From contig NZ_SBIV01000010.1 of the NCBI RefSeq assembly GCF_004765795.1, forward strand, positions 1-64,000: DNA of 64,000 nucleotides, read 5' to 3'. The first letter of the stretch is position 1. Every line of letters begins with the position of its first letter. This DNA is from Halorussus marinus. Lineage in GTDB: Archaea > Halobacteriota > Halobacteria > Halobacteriales > Haladaptataceae. This document shows, one piece after another, positions 38,330-48,240 of the stretch. The notes beneath the pieces are model-generated. The model had not been told where the DNA came from, did not search any database, and worked only from the letters and a program-made list of their open reading frames with translations. Made by a program: the position numbers and the translations under genes.

Positions 38330-39670
38330 ATGCACGACGATCGCTCGCGTGAACTGTACGACCGGGCGCTCTCGGTCCTGCCGGGCGGGGTCAGCTCCCC
38401 CGTCCGGGCGACCCGCCCGTACCCCTTCTTCGTCGAGCGCGGCGACGGCGCACACGTCGTCGACGCCGACGGCAACAAGTACGTCGACTACGTGATGGGC
38501 TACGGCCCGCTCTTGCTCGGCCACGATCTGCCCCAGGCGGTCGAGTCGGCGATCCAGTCCCAGCTCGCCGACGGCCCGATGTACGGCGCGCCCGCGGAGG
38601 TCGAAGTCGAGCTCGCGGAGTTCATCGCGCGCCACGTCCGGAGCGTCGAGATGGTCCGGTTCGTCAACTCGGGGACCGAGGCGACCACCTCGGCGGTGCG
38701 GCTCGCGCGCGGGTACACCGGCCGGGACAAGATCGTCGTGATGCAGGGGGGCTACCACGGCGCCCAGCCCTCGACGCTGGTCGAGGGCAAGTCCGGCGGG
38801 ATCGGCTCGCCCATCTCCGACGGCATCCCAGAGGCGTTCGCCGAGGAGACCATCACCGTCCCGTTCAACGACGCCGAGGCGGTCCGGGCGGTGTTCGAGG
38901 AGCGCGGCGACGAGATCGCGGCCGTCCTCGCCGAGCCGATTTTGGGCAACTGCGCGTCGGTCGGCCCGGTCGAGGGGTACCTCGAAACCCTCCGGGAGGT
39001 CACCGACGACCACGGGGCGCTGTTGGTCTTCGACGAGGTGATGACCGGCTTCCGGGTCGGCGGCCTCCAGTGTGCGCAGGGGAAGTTCGGGGTCGAACCC
39101 GACCTCACCACGCTCGCGAAGGTCATCGGCGGCGGCTTCCCGGTCGGGGCGGTCGGCGGCCCCGCAGAGATCATAGAGCAGTTCACCCCGACCGGCGACG
39201 TGTTCCAGGCCGGGACGTACTCGGGCCACCCGCTGTCGCTGACCGCGGGCCTCGAGACGCTCCGGTTCGCCGCGAAAAACGACGTGTACGACCACGTCAA
39301 CGAACTCGGCGAGACGCTCCGGAGCGGCCTCACCGACATCCTCGAAGACCGCGCGCCCGAGTACACCGTCACGGGCCACGACAGCATGTTCAAGGTCGTG
39401 TTCACCCGCGAGGGGCCCCGCGACCCCGAGGGCCAGTGTGAGGCGGGCTGTCGACAGGACCCCGACTGTCCGCGGTACGACCACTGTCCGAAGAACAGCG
39501 CCGACGTCGACGCCGCAGAAACCGAGCGCTGGGAGCGGCTGTTCTGGCCCGCGATGCGCGAGCAGGGCGTGTTCCTCACCGCCAACCAGTACGAGTCGCA
39601 GTTCCTCAGCTACGCCCACACCGAGGAGGACGTCGAGGAGACCCTCGAAGCCTACAAGGAAGCGCTTTAG
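38330..39670 (+). CDS. hemL: Glutamate-1-semialdehyde 2,1-aminomutase
   Basis: [48 protein letters not shown]. Confidence 0.96.
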   Translation: MHDDRSRELYDRALSVLPGGVSSPVRATRPYPFFVERGDGAHVVDADGNKYVDYVMGYGPLLLGHDLPQAVESAIQSQLADGPMYGAPAEVEVELAEFIARHVRSVEMVRFVNSGTEATTSAVRLARGYTGRDKIVVMQGGYHGAQPSTLVEGKSGGIGSPISDGIPEAFAEETITVPFNDAEAVRAVFEERGDEIAAVLAEPILGNCASVGPVEGYLETLREVTDDHGALLVFDEVMTGFRVGGLQCAQGKFGVEPDLTTLAKVIGGGFPVGAVGGPAEIIEQFTPTGDVFQAGTYSGHPLSLTAGLETLRFAAKNDVYDHVNELGETLRSGLTDILEDRAPEYTVTGHDSMFKVVFTREGPRDPEGQCEAGCRQDPDCPRYDHCPKNSADVDAAETERWERLFWPAMREQGVFLTANQYESQFLSYAHTEEDVEETLEAYKEAL

Positions 39671-39719
39671 CCGACGGTCGTGCGACATCGGTTTACCGAT
39701 CGGCTCCTAACCACCCGAT

Positions 39720-40175
39720 ATGAGTTCCGGCTACGCGCGCAGGACCGACGGCTCACACCACTGGTACTGGGTCGCGGCCATCCCCGGAGCGTTCGTCCTC
39801 TGGCTGGCGACGCTCGCGTGGCTCGCCGTCGCGTCGTCGTTCGAGGCGTTCTCGTTCGGGACGCGGATGATCGAGCTCTCGATGGTCGCGCTCGGCGTCC
39901 CGTTCGCCTTCCTCACCGCCTACTTCCCGGTGGCGGTGTACCGCGACGCCAGCTACGTCGACCGGACCAGCGGCAAGTGGGCGCCGATGCCGATGCGCCA
40001 GGCGCTGGCGGCCCTGCCGGGGCTGGCGTTGCTGGTCGTCACCGGGATCGCGGTGGTCCTCACGTCGGGGAGCCCGGTGGTCCCGATCATCGTGGGGTTC
40101 GTCGCGGACGTGCCGTTCGCGGTGTACTACCTCCGCAAGCGGAGCGAGCGCGTCGGGGTCCCCGGGTTCCCGTGA
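39720..40175 (+). CDS. Hypothetical membrane protein
   Basis: Four TM segments; PVAVYRDA..V; start uncertain. Confidence 0.7.
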   Translation: MSSGYARRTDGSHHWYWVAAIPGAFVLWLATLAWLAVASSFEAFSFGTRMIELSMVALGVPFAFLTAYFPVAVYRDASYVDRTSGKWAPMPMRQALAALPGLALLVVTGIAVVLTSGSPVVPIIVGFVADVPFAVYYLRKRSERVGVPGFP

Positions 40176-40181
40176 GCCGGC

Positions 40182-41354
40182 TCAGAGCCCGAGGTCGAGC
40201 GCGCGGTTCGTCACGAGGACCGTGAACCCGGTCGCCATCACCGCCGACAGCAGGCCGAACGAGACGCTCCAGCCGGCGAAATCCGCCAGTCCGCCGACCA
40301 CGACGCTCCCGGTCGCGCCGAGGAGCATGTACACCGTCCGGACGAGGCCGAACCCCGCGCCCCGCTCTTCGTCCGAGAGCTTGTCGATGAACCGCGACTG
40401 GACCGGCGCGCCCCAGCTCATCGCCACCCCAGCGAGCACGACGCCGACCGCGAACGTCGCCAGGCCCGACCCGAGCGCGAGCGTCCCGTACCCGAGCACG
40501 CCCAGTCCCATCGACAGCGACGCGGCCGCGTCCCGGTCGAACCGGTCCGAGAGCCACCCCATCGCGGGCTGGGTCGCGCCGTGGACAACGAAGTACAGCG
40601 AGAACAGCGCGCTGGCGGTCGTCGCGGTCAGCCCGTGGTGGACTTCGAGGAACGTCGGCAGAAAGGAGGCGGTCGCCTGCCAGGTGAACGCCCCCGCGAC
40701 CGCCAACACCGTGGTGTAGGCGATCTCGGGTCTGGCGAGCAGTTCCGCGACGGGTCCGAGCGCGAACCGATCGCGCATCGGCTGGTCGGGACGGGTAGGC
40801 TCGGTCGGGCGGACCCTGGCGGCGAACGCGACGAACGTCGGGGCCGCCACGACGGCCCCGAGCAAGAGCGCGGGCCGCCAGCCGTACCGGGCGGCGACCG
40901 CGGCGGCCGCGACCGGGACCAGCAGGCCCGCGAGCGGGCCGCCCGCGACGTGGATGCCGATCGCGCGCCCGATGTTCTGGAAGTGCTTCGAGATGAACGT
41001 CGTCGCGACGCTGTAATGGAGCCCCGCCGCGCCGCCGAGGGTCACCGCGAACACCGCGAACGCGGGGTACGACGGCGAGGCCGCGAGCAGTAGGCTCGCC
41101 AGCGTCGTGAGCCCGACCGCGGTCAGGATCACTCGGCGCTCGCCGTACCGGTCGCCGAGGACGCCGCTCGGAAACTGCGCGAGCGCGTAGGCCGCCCACA
41201 TCCCGGAGAGGGCGATCCCGACCCCACCGGTCGAGACGCCGAACGAGTCGGTGATGTCGGGGACGACCGGGCTGATCGCCAGCCGGGCCGCCATCGTGGC
41301 GAAGAACGCGACGGTGGCGAGCGCGAGCACTGTGTTGCGGTATCGCCACCTCAC
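40182..41354 (-). CDS. MFS transporter
   Basis: Motif A GVLGDRYGERR and GWLSDRFDR; GTG start inferred. Confidence 0.9.
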   Translation of the reverse strand: MRWRYRNTVLALATVAFFATMAARLAISPVVPDITDSFGVSTGGVGIALSGMWAAYALAQFPSGVLGDRYGERRVILTAVGLTTLASLLLAASPSYPAFAVFAVTLGGAAGLHYSVATTFISKHFQNIGRAIGIHVAGGPLAGLLVPVAAAAVAARYGWRPALLLGAVVAAPTFVAFAARVRPTEPTRPDQPMRDRFALGPVAELLARPEIAYTTVLAVAGAFTWQATASFLPTFLEVHHGLTATTASALFSLYFVVHGATQPAMGWLSDRFDRDAAASLSMGLGVLGYGTLALGSGLATFAVGVVLAGVAMSWGAPVQSRFIDKLSDEERGAGFGLVRTVYMLLGATGSVVVGGLADFAGWSVSFGLLSAVMATGFTVLVTNRALDLGL

Positions 41355-41445
41355 TGGTCGTCGGTTCGGCCGGCCCCCCGAAGTGGTTTTCGAGTCCGGC
41401 AAGGGCGTCGCCGCCCGCCCGGAGACGGACAGAAGCGGAGACCCC

Positions 41446-41961
41446 TCAGCGAGGCCACAGCGGCGTCTCGATGCCGCGGAGCGACGCGGCGACCTTCGCC
41501 GCGTACAGCGCGACACCGACGAGGAGCCCCGCGACGCAGACCAGATACGCCTCGGTCGGCGAGAGCACTCCGAGGAGCGGATTCGCCGGGAAGGGGTAGA
41601 AGGGCCGGACGTCGGCGTACAGTGTGGCGTCGAGGGCGACGTGGGCGTACACCCCGGTCAGGGCGGCGGCCGCGACGCCGACCGTCGAGCGCGGTTGGGC
41701 CAGCCCTACCGGTCGGAGAGCGCGGTTCACCCCGGGCTTGGCGACGAAAGCGAGGACGGCGAGAGCGGCCGCGAGGAGCGTCCCGACCGCGAGCGTGTGG
41801 AGCGGACCGTGAATCGGCCCCGAGAGGACGCCGAAGAACACCAGTACCGCGCGGGCGTCGACGACGACGTTCGCGGCGAGAAACGTCGGGAAGTCGAGCC
41901 ACCGGAAACAGAGCAGTCCGAGGCCCGCTCCGACGCCGAGATGCAACGGCGTGAAGGGCAT
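41446..41961 (-). CDS. Membrane-bound metal-dependent hydrolase-like protein
   Basis: MPFTPLH, HGPLHT, HVALD, PFYPF..NP. Confidence 0.75.
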   Translation of the reverse strand: MPFTPLHLGVGAGLGLLCFRWLDFPTFLAANVVVDARAVLVFFGVLSGPIHGPLHTLAVGTLLAAALAVLAFVAKPGVNRALRPVGLAQPRSTVGVAAAALTGVYAHVALDATLYADVRPFYPFPANPLLGVLSPTEAYLVCVAGLLVGVALYAAKVAASLRGIETPLWPR

Positions 41962-42060
41962 ACGCCTGACACGTCTCCGGAGCCACTTGTATCGGGGCGT
42001 TCCGAGCCGACGACGGGGGATTGCGAAGGTGGTTTCAACCTCGGACGCGGACACTCGGGC

Positions 42061-43197
42061 ATGAGCACACGCGCGACCCAGATACGCCTCGCCACGCGGG
42101 GGTCGGACCTCGCCCGCCGGCAGGCCGCCGAGGTCCGAGCCGCCCTGGAGGACCGGCGCTTCGAGGTCGAACTGGTCGAGGTCGAGACGACCGGCGACGA
42201 GATCCGGGACGAGCTCATCCACCGGCTCGGCAAGACCGGGGCGTTCGTCCGGAGCCTCGACGAGAAGGTGCTGTCGGGGGAGCTCGACGGCGCCATCCAC
42301 TCGATGAAGGACATGCCGACCGACCACCCCGACGACCTGATCGTCGCGGCTATCCCCGAGCGCGCCAGCGCCAACGACGTGCTGATCACGCCCGACGGGG
42401 CGACGCTCGACGAACTCCCCGACGGCGCGGTCGTGGGCACGTCGAGCCTGCGCCGGAAGGCACAGGTGTTACACCGCCGGCCCGACCTGACGGTCGAACC
42501 GCTCCGCGGGAACGTCGACACGCGAGCCGAGAAGCTACTCGCGCCCGCCCTGCAGGCCGAACACGAGGCTCGGACCGAGGCCGAGAAAGAGCAACGTAGC
42601 GCCGAAGCGATGGCGAAGAAGGGCCACAAAAAGGAGTACGAGGGCGAGTTCGACCGCACCGTCGAGGAGTGGTTCAACGACCTCGCCGAGGTCGAGCGCC
42701 GGGCCCTAGAGCGGGAGGTCGATACCGAGTACGACGCGATCGTGCTCGCGCAGGCGGGACTCGAACGCAGCGGGCTGGCCCACCACCTCGAGTACGCCGA
42801 GCTACCGACCGGCGAGTTCGTGCCCGCGCCGGGGCAGGGCGCGCTGGCGGTGACGACCCTCGACAGCGAGCTGGCGGGCGACGTCAACACCGTGCTCGAC
42901 CACCCCCGAACGCGGGTCGAGACCACGGTCGAGCGAACCGTTCTGGCGGAGCTTGGCGGGGGCTGTGTCGCCCCGATCGGCGTCCACGGCCTGATTCAGG
43001 GCGAGGGCGTCCACGTCGACGTGCAGGTGTTCTCACAGGACGGCACCGAGAAGATCGAGGCGACCCGCGATCTGCCGGTCGAGAACCACGTCTCGGCCGC
43101 CAAGGAGCTGGCGGCCGAGCTCCGCGAGCGGGGCGCGGCCGAACTCATCGAGGCCGCCCAACGCGACGAGCCGGCGCCGGAGGGCAAGCGGGAATGA
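42061..43197 (+). CDS. hemC: Hydroxymethylbilane synthase
   Basis: LATRGSDLA, HSMKDMP, GTSSLRR, LRGNVDTR, PAPGQGA, GGGCVAPIG. Confidence 0.96.
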   Translation: MSTRATQIRLATRGSDLARRQAAEVRAALEDRRFEVELVEVETTGDEIRDELIHRLGKTGAFVRSLDEKVLSGELDGAIHSMKDMPTDHPDDLIVAAIPERASANDVLITPDGATLDELPDGAVVGTSSLRRKAQVLHRRPDLTVEPLRGNVDTRAEKLLAPALQAEHEARTEAEKEQRSAEAMAKKGHKKEYEGEFDRTVEEWFNDLAEVERRALEREVDTEYDAIVLAQAGLERSGLAHHLEYAELPTGEFVPAPGQGALAVTTLDSELAGDVNTVLDHPRTRVETTVERTVLAELGGGCVAPIGVHGLIQGEGVHVDVQVFSQDGTEKIEATRDLPVENHVSAAKELAAELRERGAAELIEAAQRDEPAPEGKRE

Positions 43198-43937
43198 GCC
43201 GGGACGTTCGGGTCGCCGTCTTCCGCCCGGACGACGAGCGCCTCGACGACGCGGTCGAGCTACTCGACTCGCTGGGCGCCGACCCCGTGGCCGACCCGAT
43301 GCTCGAAGTCCGGCCGACCGGGGCGTCCCCCGAGCCCGGCGAGTACGTCGTCCTGACGAGCAAGACCGGCGTCGAGCTGGCGGCCGAGGCGGGCTGGGAG
43401 CCCGGCGACGCCGCGGTCTGTGCCATCGGATCGAGCACCGCCGACGCGCTCCGCGAGCACGGCTACGAGGTCGACGTGGTCCCCGATGAGTACACCTCCG
43501 CGGGGCTGGTCGCGGCGCTCGAAGACCGGGTCGACGGCGCGCGCGTCGAAGTCGCCCGGAGCGACCACGGGAGCGCGGTGCTGACCGAGGGGCTCGCCGA
43601 GGCCGGCGCGGACGTCCACGAGACGGTGCTCTACCGGCTCGTCAGACCCGAGGGCTCGGGCGAGTCGGCCGCGCTCGCGGCCGACGGCGACCTCGACGCC
43701 GCGCTCTTTACCTCCTCGCTCACGGTCGAGCACCTCCTCGACGCCGCCGCCGAGCGCGGCGTCCGCGAGGCCGCCGTCGCGGGGCTGAACGACGCCGTCG
43801 TCGGCGCGATCGGCCCGCCGACCCGCGAGACGGCCGAGGCCGCCGGCATCGAGGTCGACGTGGTGCCCGAGGCGGCGGACTTCGAGGCGCTCGCGTGCGC
43901 GGTCGTGGAGGCGGCCGCCCCGACCTACCACGAGTAG
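43194..43937 (+). CDS. hemD: Uroporphyrinogen-III synthase
   Basis: LTSKTGV, AIGSSTA, FTSSLTV, AIGPPT; ATGA overlap with hemC. Confidence 0.92.
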   Translation: MSRDVRVAVFRPDDERLDDAVELLDSLGADPVADPMLEVRPTGASPEPGEYVVLTSKTGVELAAEAGWEPGDAAVCAIGSSTADALREHGYEVDVVPDEYTSAGLVAALEDRVDGARVEVARSDHGSAVLTEGLAEAGADVHETVLYRLVRPEGSGESAALAADGDLDAALFTSSLTVEHLLDAAAERGVREAAVAGLNDAVVGAIGPPTRETAEAAGIEVDVVPEAADFEALACAVVEAAAPTYHE

Positions 43938-44046
43938 CGCCCTCGGCCGGGCCGGCGACGGCCGACGCCCGGCGAACACCCCGAGGGCGGCAGAGTCGCG
44001 ACACCGTACCAAAGACCTTTACAGCCGGATTCGGGACATTAAATCG

Positions 44047-45429
44047 ATGGACAGCACCGCCGGAGAGCGGGTCTACTACGTTATCAGCGACCTCCACATC
44101 GGCGGGGACGAGCAACTGGAGGAGGTCGAGTTTCTCGACGAACTGCTCGGCTTCCTCGAACGGCTGGCCGAGACGGACGAGAACGCCGAGCTGGTGATCA
44201 ACGGCGACGCCTTCGGGCTGTGGGAGTTCACCTCGGTCGACGGAATCGAGAAGTTCGACGTCCTCGAGGAGACCTACCCGGCGCTGTTCGAACAGCTCCG
44301 GGCGACCGGCGAGAACGTCCAGATCACGCTGTTGGCCGGCAACCACGACCACGAGCTCGCGGCCTACGACGCGTACGTCGAGCGGTTCGCCGAATACAAC
44401 GTCGAACTCGTCCAATCGGAGTCGATCACCCGTCGCGTCGGCGAGCGCACGATCCACTTCGAACACGGCCACCAGCGCGACTCGAACAACCGGATCGACG
44501 ACTGGGAGAACCCCAACGCCACGCCGCTCGGATACTACTACAACACGCTCGTTACCAGTCGGGCGGGCAAGCTCTCCGAGCGGGGCCGGTACAACTGGCT
44601 GAAGGACGTGCAGGCGGTCACGCCCACCGAGCGGATGCCGGTCTGGCTGTTCTCGAAGTACTTCTACCGGGAGATGAATCCCCTCCTGCGGTACGCGCTC
44701 GTCCCGTTCTTGTTGCTGTTCAACGTCAGCGCGCTCCTCGCGGTGCTCGCGGGGCTCGATCTGGTCGGGGTCTGGTCGATGCCCGTCGACTCGCTCGCCG
44801 GGTTCCTCGCGCAGTTCGGGGCGGCCGGGACGGCGGTCTACCTGCTCCTCGTGGTCAACGTGGCGGTCACCGGACTCCTGTTGCTGGTGGGCGTCCCGCT
44901 GTATCTGCTCCGTCGGGACATCAGACAGACCATCGACCGCTTCGGCGTCTTCGAGACCGAACTCACCGTCGACGCCGAGGCACCCTACGAGGAGGCCGCC
45001 CGCGAGATCTTCGCGGAGTCGCCCGAGACGGCGATCTTCTGCTACGGTCACACCCACCGCCCGTCAGTGGGGTCGGTCGGCGACGGCCTGCTGGTCAACA
45101 CCGGGACGTGGCTCAAGCGCCTCCACCGCCGCGACGGCGTTATCGGGGTCCTGCCGCCGGTGTTTTACCCGTCCTATCAGCTGTGTGCGGTCCGCATCGC
45201 CGCCGAGTCCGAGGGCGTGGCGGTCGAGTACGAGGAGATAGAGAAGCCGAGCCCGAGCCCGGAAGAGCTGACGCTCACCGAGCGTCTGCTCACCCTCGGC
45301 CGGAAGCCGAACCCCGACCTGCCCGACCGAGCGGTCGTCGAGAACGAAGCGCCCGATTCGACGCCCGACGTCGTCGAGACGGTCGAGCGAAGCGAGCGCG
45401 GAGCCGAGCGGCCGCGGACCGATAGCTGA
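44047..45429 (+). CDS. Calcineurin-like metallophosphoesterase with internal TM segments
   Basis: SDLH, NGD, GNHD, EHGH, GHTH, NTGTW. Confidence 0.88.
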   Translation: MDSTAGERVYYVISDLHIGGDEQLEEVEFLDELLGFLERLAETDENAELVINGDAFGLWEFTSVDGIEKFDVLEETYPALFEQLRATGENVQITLLAGNHDHELAAYDAYVERFAEYNVELVQSESITRRVGERTIHFEHGHQRDSNNRIDDWENPNATPLGYYYNTLVTSRAGKLSERGRYNWLKDVQAVTPTERMPVWLFSKYFYREMNPLLRYALVPFLLLFNVSALLAVLAGLDLVGVWSMPVDSLAGFLAQFGAAGTAVYLLLVVNVAVTGLLLLVGVPLYLLRRDIRQTIDRFGVFETELTVDAEAPYEEAAREIFAESPETAIFCYGHTHRPSVGSVGDGLLVNTGTWLKRLHRRDGVIGVLPPVFYPSYQLCAVRIAAESEGVAVEYEEIEKPSPSPEELTLTERLLTLGRKPNPDLPDRAVVENEAPDSTPDVVETVERSERGAERPRTDS

Positions 45430-45463
45430 GGTTTATACGTAATACCGACCAAGCCCCTCTCGA

Positions 45464-46885
45464 ATGGCTTGCGCTGGTCCCGTCCCCGCCCTCGCGGAGC
45501 GCGCCGCGGCGTGTGCCGGCCGCCTCCGGGGGGCCGACGACGTGCTACTCGCGTCGCACATCGACGCCGACGGCCTGACGAGCGCCGCGATCGCGGCGTC
45601 GGCGCTCGAACGCGCCGGAATTTCGTTCGAGACCGTCTTCAGCAAACAGCTCGACGCCGAAGAGCTCGCGGCCATCGCGGCGACCGACTACGACACCGTG
45701 CTGTTCACCGACTTCGGGAGCGGCCAACTCGATATCATCAGCGACCACGAGGCCGCCGGCGACTTCACGCCGGTGATCGCAGACCACCACCGGCCCGCCG
45801 AGGCCGAGACCGAGTTCCACCTCAACCCTCTCCTGTTCGACATCGACGGCTCCTCGGAGCTGTCCGGGGCGGGCGCGAGCTACGTGCTCGCGCGGGCGCT
45901 CGAACCCGAGGCGGGGGACAACCGCGATCTGGCGGCGCTCGCGGTCGTTGGCGCGGTCGGCGACATGCAGACCACCGACGGCGAGCTGGTGGGTGCGAAC
46001 CGCTCGATCGTCGAGGAGGGCGTCGCGGCCGGCGTCCTCGAGACGAGCACCGACCTCGCGCTGTACGGCAAACAGACCCGCCCGCTCCCCAAACTGCTCG
46101 AGTACGCCAGCGACGTCTACATCCCCGGCGTCTCGAACGACCAGAACGGCGCGATCCGGTTTCTCGACGGGCTCGACATCGACCTCAAGGCCGACGACGG
46201 CGAGTGGCGCCGGTGGGTCGACCTCTCGGACGACGAGCGCCAGACCGTCGCCAGCGCGCTGGTCCAGCGCGCCGTCTCGAAAGGGGTCAGCGCCGACCGG
46301 ATCGACGGTCTGATCGGGACCACCTACACCCTCACCGACGAGCCCGCCGGGACGGAGCTTCGGGACGTCAGCGAGTTCTCGACGCTACTGAACGCGACCG
46401 CCAGATACGAGCGCGCAGACGTGGGGCTGGCGGTGTGTCTCGGCGACCGCGGGGCCGCCCTGGAGCGGGCCCGGACGCTCCTCGCGAACCACCGCCGGAA
46501 CCTCTCGGAGGGCCTCCAGTGGGTCAAAGAGTCGGGGGTCACCCGCGAGGACCACGTCCAGTGGTTCCACGCCGGGGATCGGATCCGCGAGACCATCGTC
46601 GGGATCATCGCCGGGATGGCGGTCGGGGCCGACGGCGTCGAGCGCGGGACGCCGATCGTCGCCTTCGCCGAGAAGAACGACGAGGAGGTGAAAGTGTCGG
46701 CGCGCGGAACGCCGTCGCTCACCCGGCGCGGACTCGATCTCTCGGCCGTGATGGGCGAAGCCTCGCGGGCCGTCGGCGGCGACGGCGGCGGCCACGACGT
46801 GGCCGCGGGCGCGACGGTGCCGAAGGGGACCGAAGAAGAGTTCCTCGCGCTGGCCGACGAACTCGTCGGCGAACAGCTGTCGTAG
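45464..46885 (+). CDS. DHH/DHHA1 family RecJ-like exonuclease
   Basis: HIDADG, TDFGS, ADHH, GAVGD, GGGHDVAAG. Confidence 0.92.
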   Translation: MACAGPVPALAERAAACAGRLRGADDVLLASHIDADGLTSAAIAASALERAGISFETVFSKQLDAEELAAIAATDYDTVLFTDFGSGQLDIISDHEAAGDFTPVIADHHRPAEAETEFHLNPLLFDIDGSSELSGAGASYVLARALEPEAGDNRDLAALAVVGAVGDMQTTDGELVGANRSIVEEGVAAGVLETSTDLALYGKQTRPLPKLLEYASDVYIPGVSNDQNGAIRFLDGLDIDLKADDGEWRRWVDLSDDERQTVASALVQRAVSKGVSADRIDGLIGTTYTLTDEPAGTELRDVSEFSTLLNATARYERADVGLAVCLGDRGAALERARTLLANHRRNLSEGLQWVKESGVTREDHVQWFHAGDRIRETIVGIIAGMAVGADGVERGTPIVAFAEKNDEEVKVSARGTPSLTRRGLDLSAVMGEASRAVGGDGGGHDVAAGATVPKGTEEEFLALADELVGEQLS

Positions 46886-47157
46886 TTCTACGCCACGATC
46901 CCACCGTGCGAGGCCGCGACTGTCGCGACGTTTCTCGGGGGTCCTGTCGATCGACGCCTTCCGACGCCGGCCTCCGGACGAGGTTCGGGCACGCCGCCGA
47001 AGATACGACGACCGCACGATAGCGTCGCGGCGGGCGTACGCATCTCGATTTTATATCGCGATATGGAGTTTATTACAACGATCGAACACCGTCCCGGCGT
47101 CCGGTGCGATCGCCCCGCACCGGCCGACTTTTACCCGCGCTGGTCCAACGCCGACGT

Positions 47158-47532
47158 ATGGCCGACTTCGACCCGGAGCGGTTCGAGGACAAGTACGCGA
47201 ACTACTTCAACGAGCTCCAGAAGGCGTACAAGAACGCCTTCGAGCGGATGAACGACCGGTACGACTCCGAGCTCGTCCACGCCATCGACCAGCAGGTGCT
47301 CAACGAGAGCGAGCCCTTCTACGAGAGTAGCGCGGAGCGGAGCTCCGCGGACGATTCGAGCGGGCGGAGCCCGCGAGAACACGACGGCGAGTTCCGCGTC
47401 GAACTCCCCGAGAACCCCGCCGACCGACTGCAGGGCGTGCTCGTCGACGAGGAGAAACTGGACGAACTGCTCGACGTCTACGTCGAGACGATCGAGACCG
47501 AACTGCGCCGCGTGTTCGATTTCGAGAAGTGA
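47158..47532 (+). CDS. Conserved haloarchaeal protein (DUF5783-like) carrying an in-frame insertion
   Basis: MADFDPERFEDKYANYFNELQKAY...SELVHAIDQ.VLNESEPFY. Confidence 0.8.
   Translation: MADFDPERFEDKYANYFNELQKAYKNAFERMNDRYDSELVHAIDQQVLNESEPFYESSAERSSADDSSGRSPREHDGEFRVELPENPADRLQGVLVDEEKLDELLDVYVETIETELRRVFDFEK
47328..47378 (+). repeat. 51-nt double-hairpin element in frame within the DUF5783-like gene
   Basis: TAGCGCGG-AGCGGAGCT-CCGCGG-ACGAT-TCGAGCGG-GCGGAGC-CCGCGAGA, colinear with 7783-7833. Confidence 0.75.
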
Positions 47533-47683
47533 GTCCCTCGCGAGTCGTGGCCGTGGCCGCTCGGCGCAATAACAGTAGTTGGTAGGACGATTTTTTATTC
47601 GACGGGTCGAAACCGTCCGTTCAGTACAGGGCTGTACTGGGCGTTGCACTTAGTTCCTCTTTCAACGCGACCAGTGCTATCCG

Positions 47684-48049
47684 ATGAGCGAATTCGAGCA
47701 GTAAGACGAGAACTGAGCGAAGCGGGATACCCCGGATTCGAGTTTCGATAACGGGGAAATCGTCCTCGGATCTCTCCGGTTTGTGGGTGGTCGGGAACTA
47801 CCGCGAGACGGGAAACTCAACCCAGAGAGTCTCCCACGGCCGTTTCGGATTGTCGAGTGGCTACCACTCGTTTCGGCCACGCCGGCCGACCCGGAGTACG
47901 CCCCGGATATAATCCACGGGATTGCAGAGAAACACGGGCTAAAGGTCGTGATCATCGGCGTGGACGAAGCGCAGGTCCGGATCACACTCTGCGATCCCAC
48001 TGATGAGACTCGGGCAGAGTCGCGATTAGCGACTTCCTTGGGGATTTAG
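47684..48049 (+). pseudogene. Possible degraded gene in a lower-GC patch
   Basis: ATG 47684 is in frame with ORF 47783-48049 but interrupted by TAA/TGA; a shifted frame reads VRRELSEAGYPGFEF. Confidence 0.35.
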
Positions 48050-48240
48050 CCACTCCAGCCCCATATCTATTCTGAGTAACTAAACCGGACTACCAGCCTT
48101 GGTAAATCACATGGCGCTATATAGAATTGTCGAAGTGGCGCTACGTTTCGCCGAACGGAAAAGAACACGCGAGATACGGCTCGAAGCGCTTCTGGATCGG
48201 AACCCCAAACAGAGTAGCTGAACCGGGTCGCGGGGTCGTC

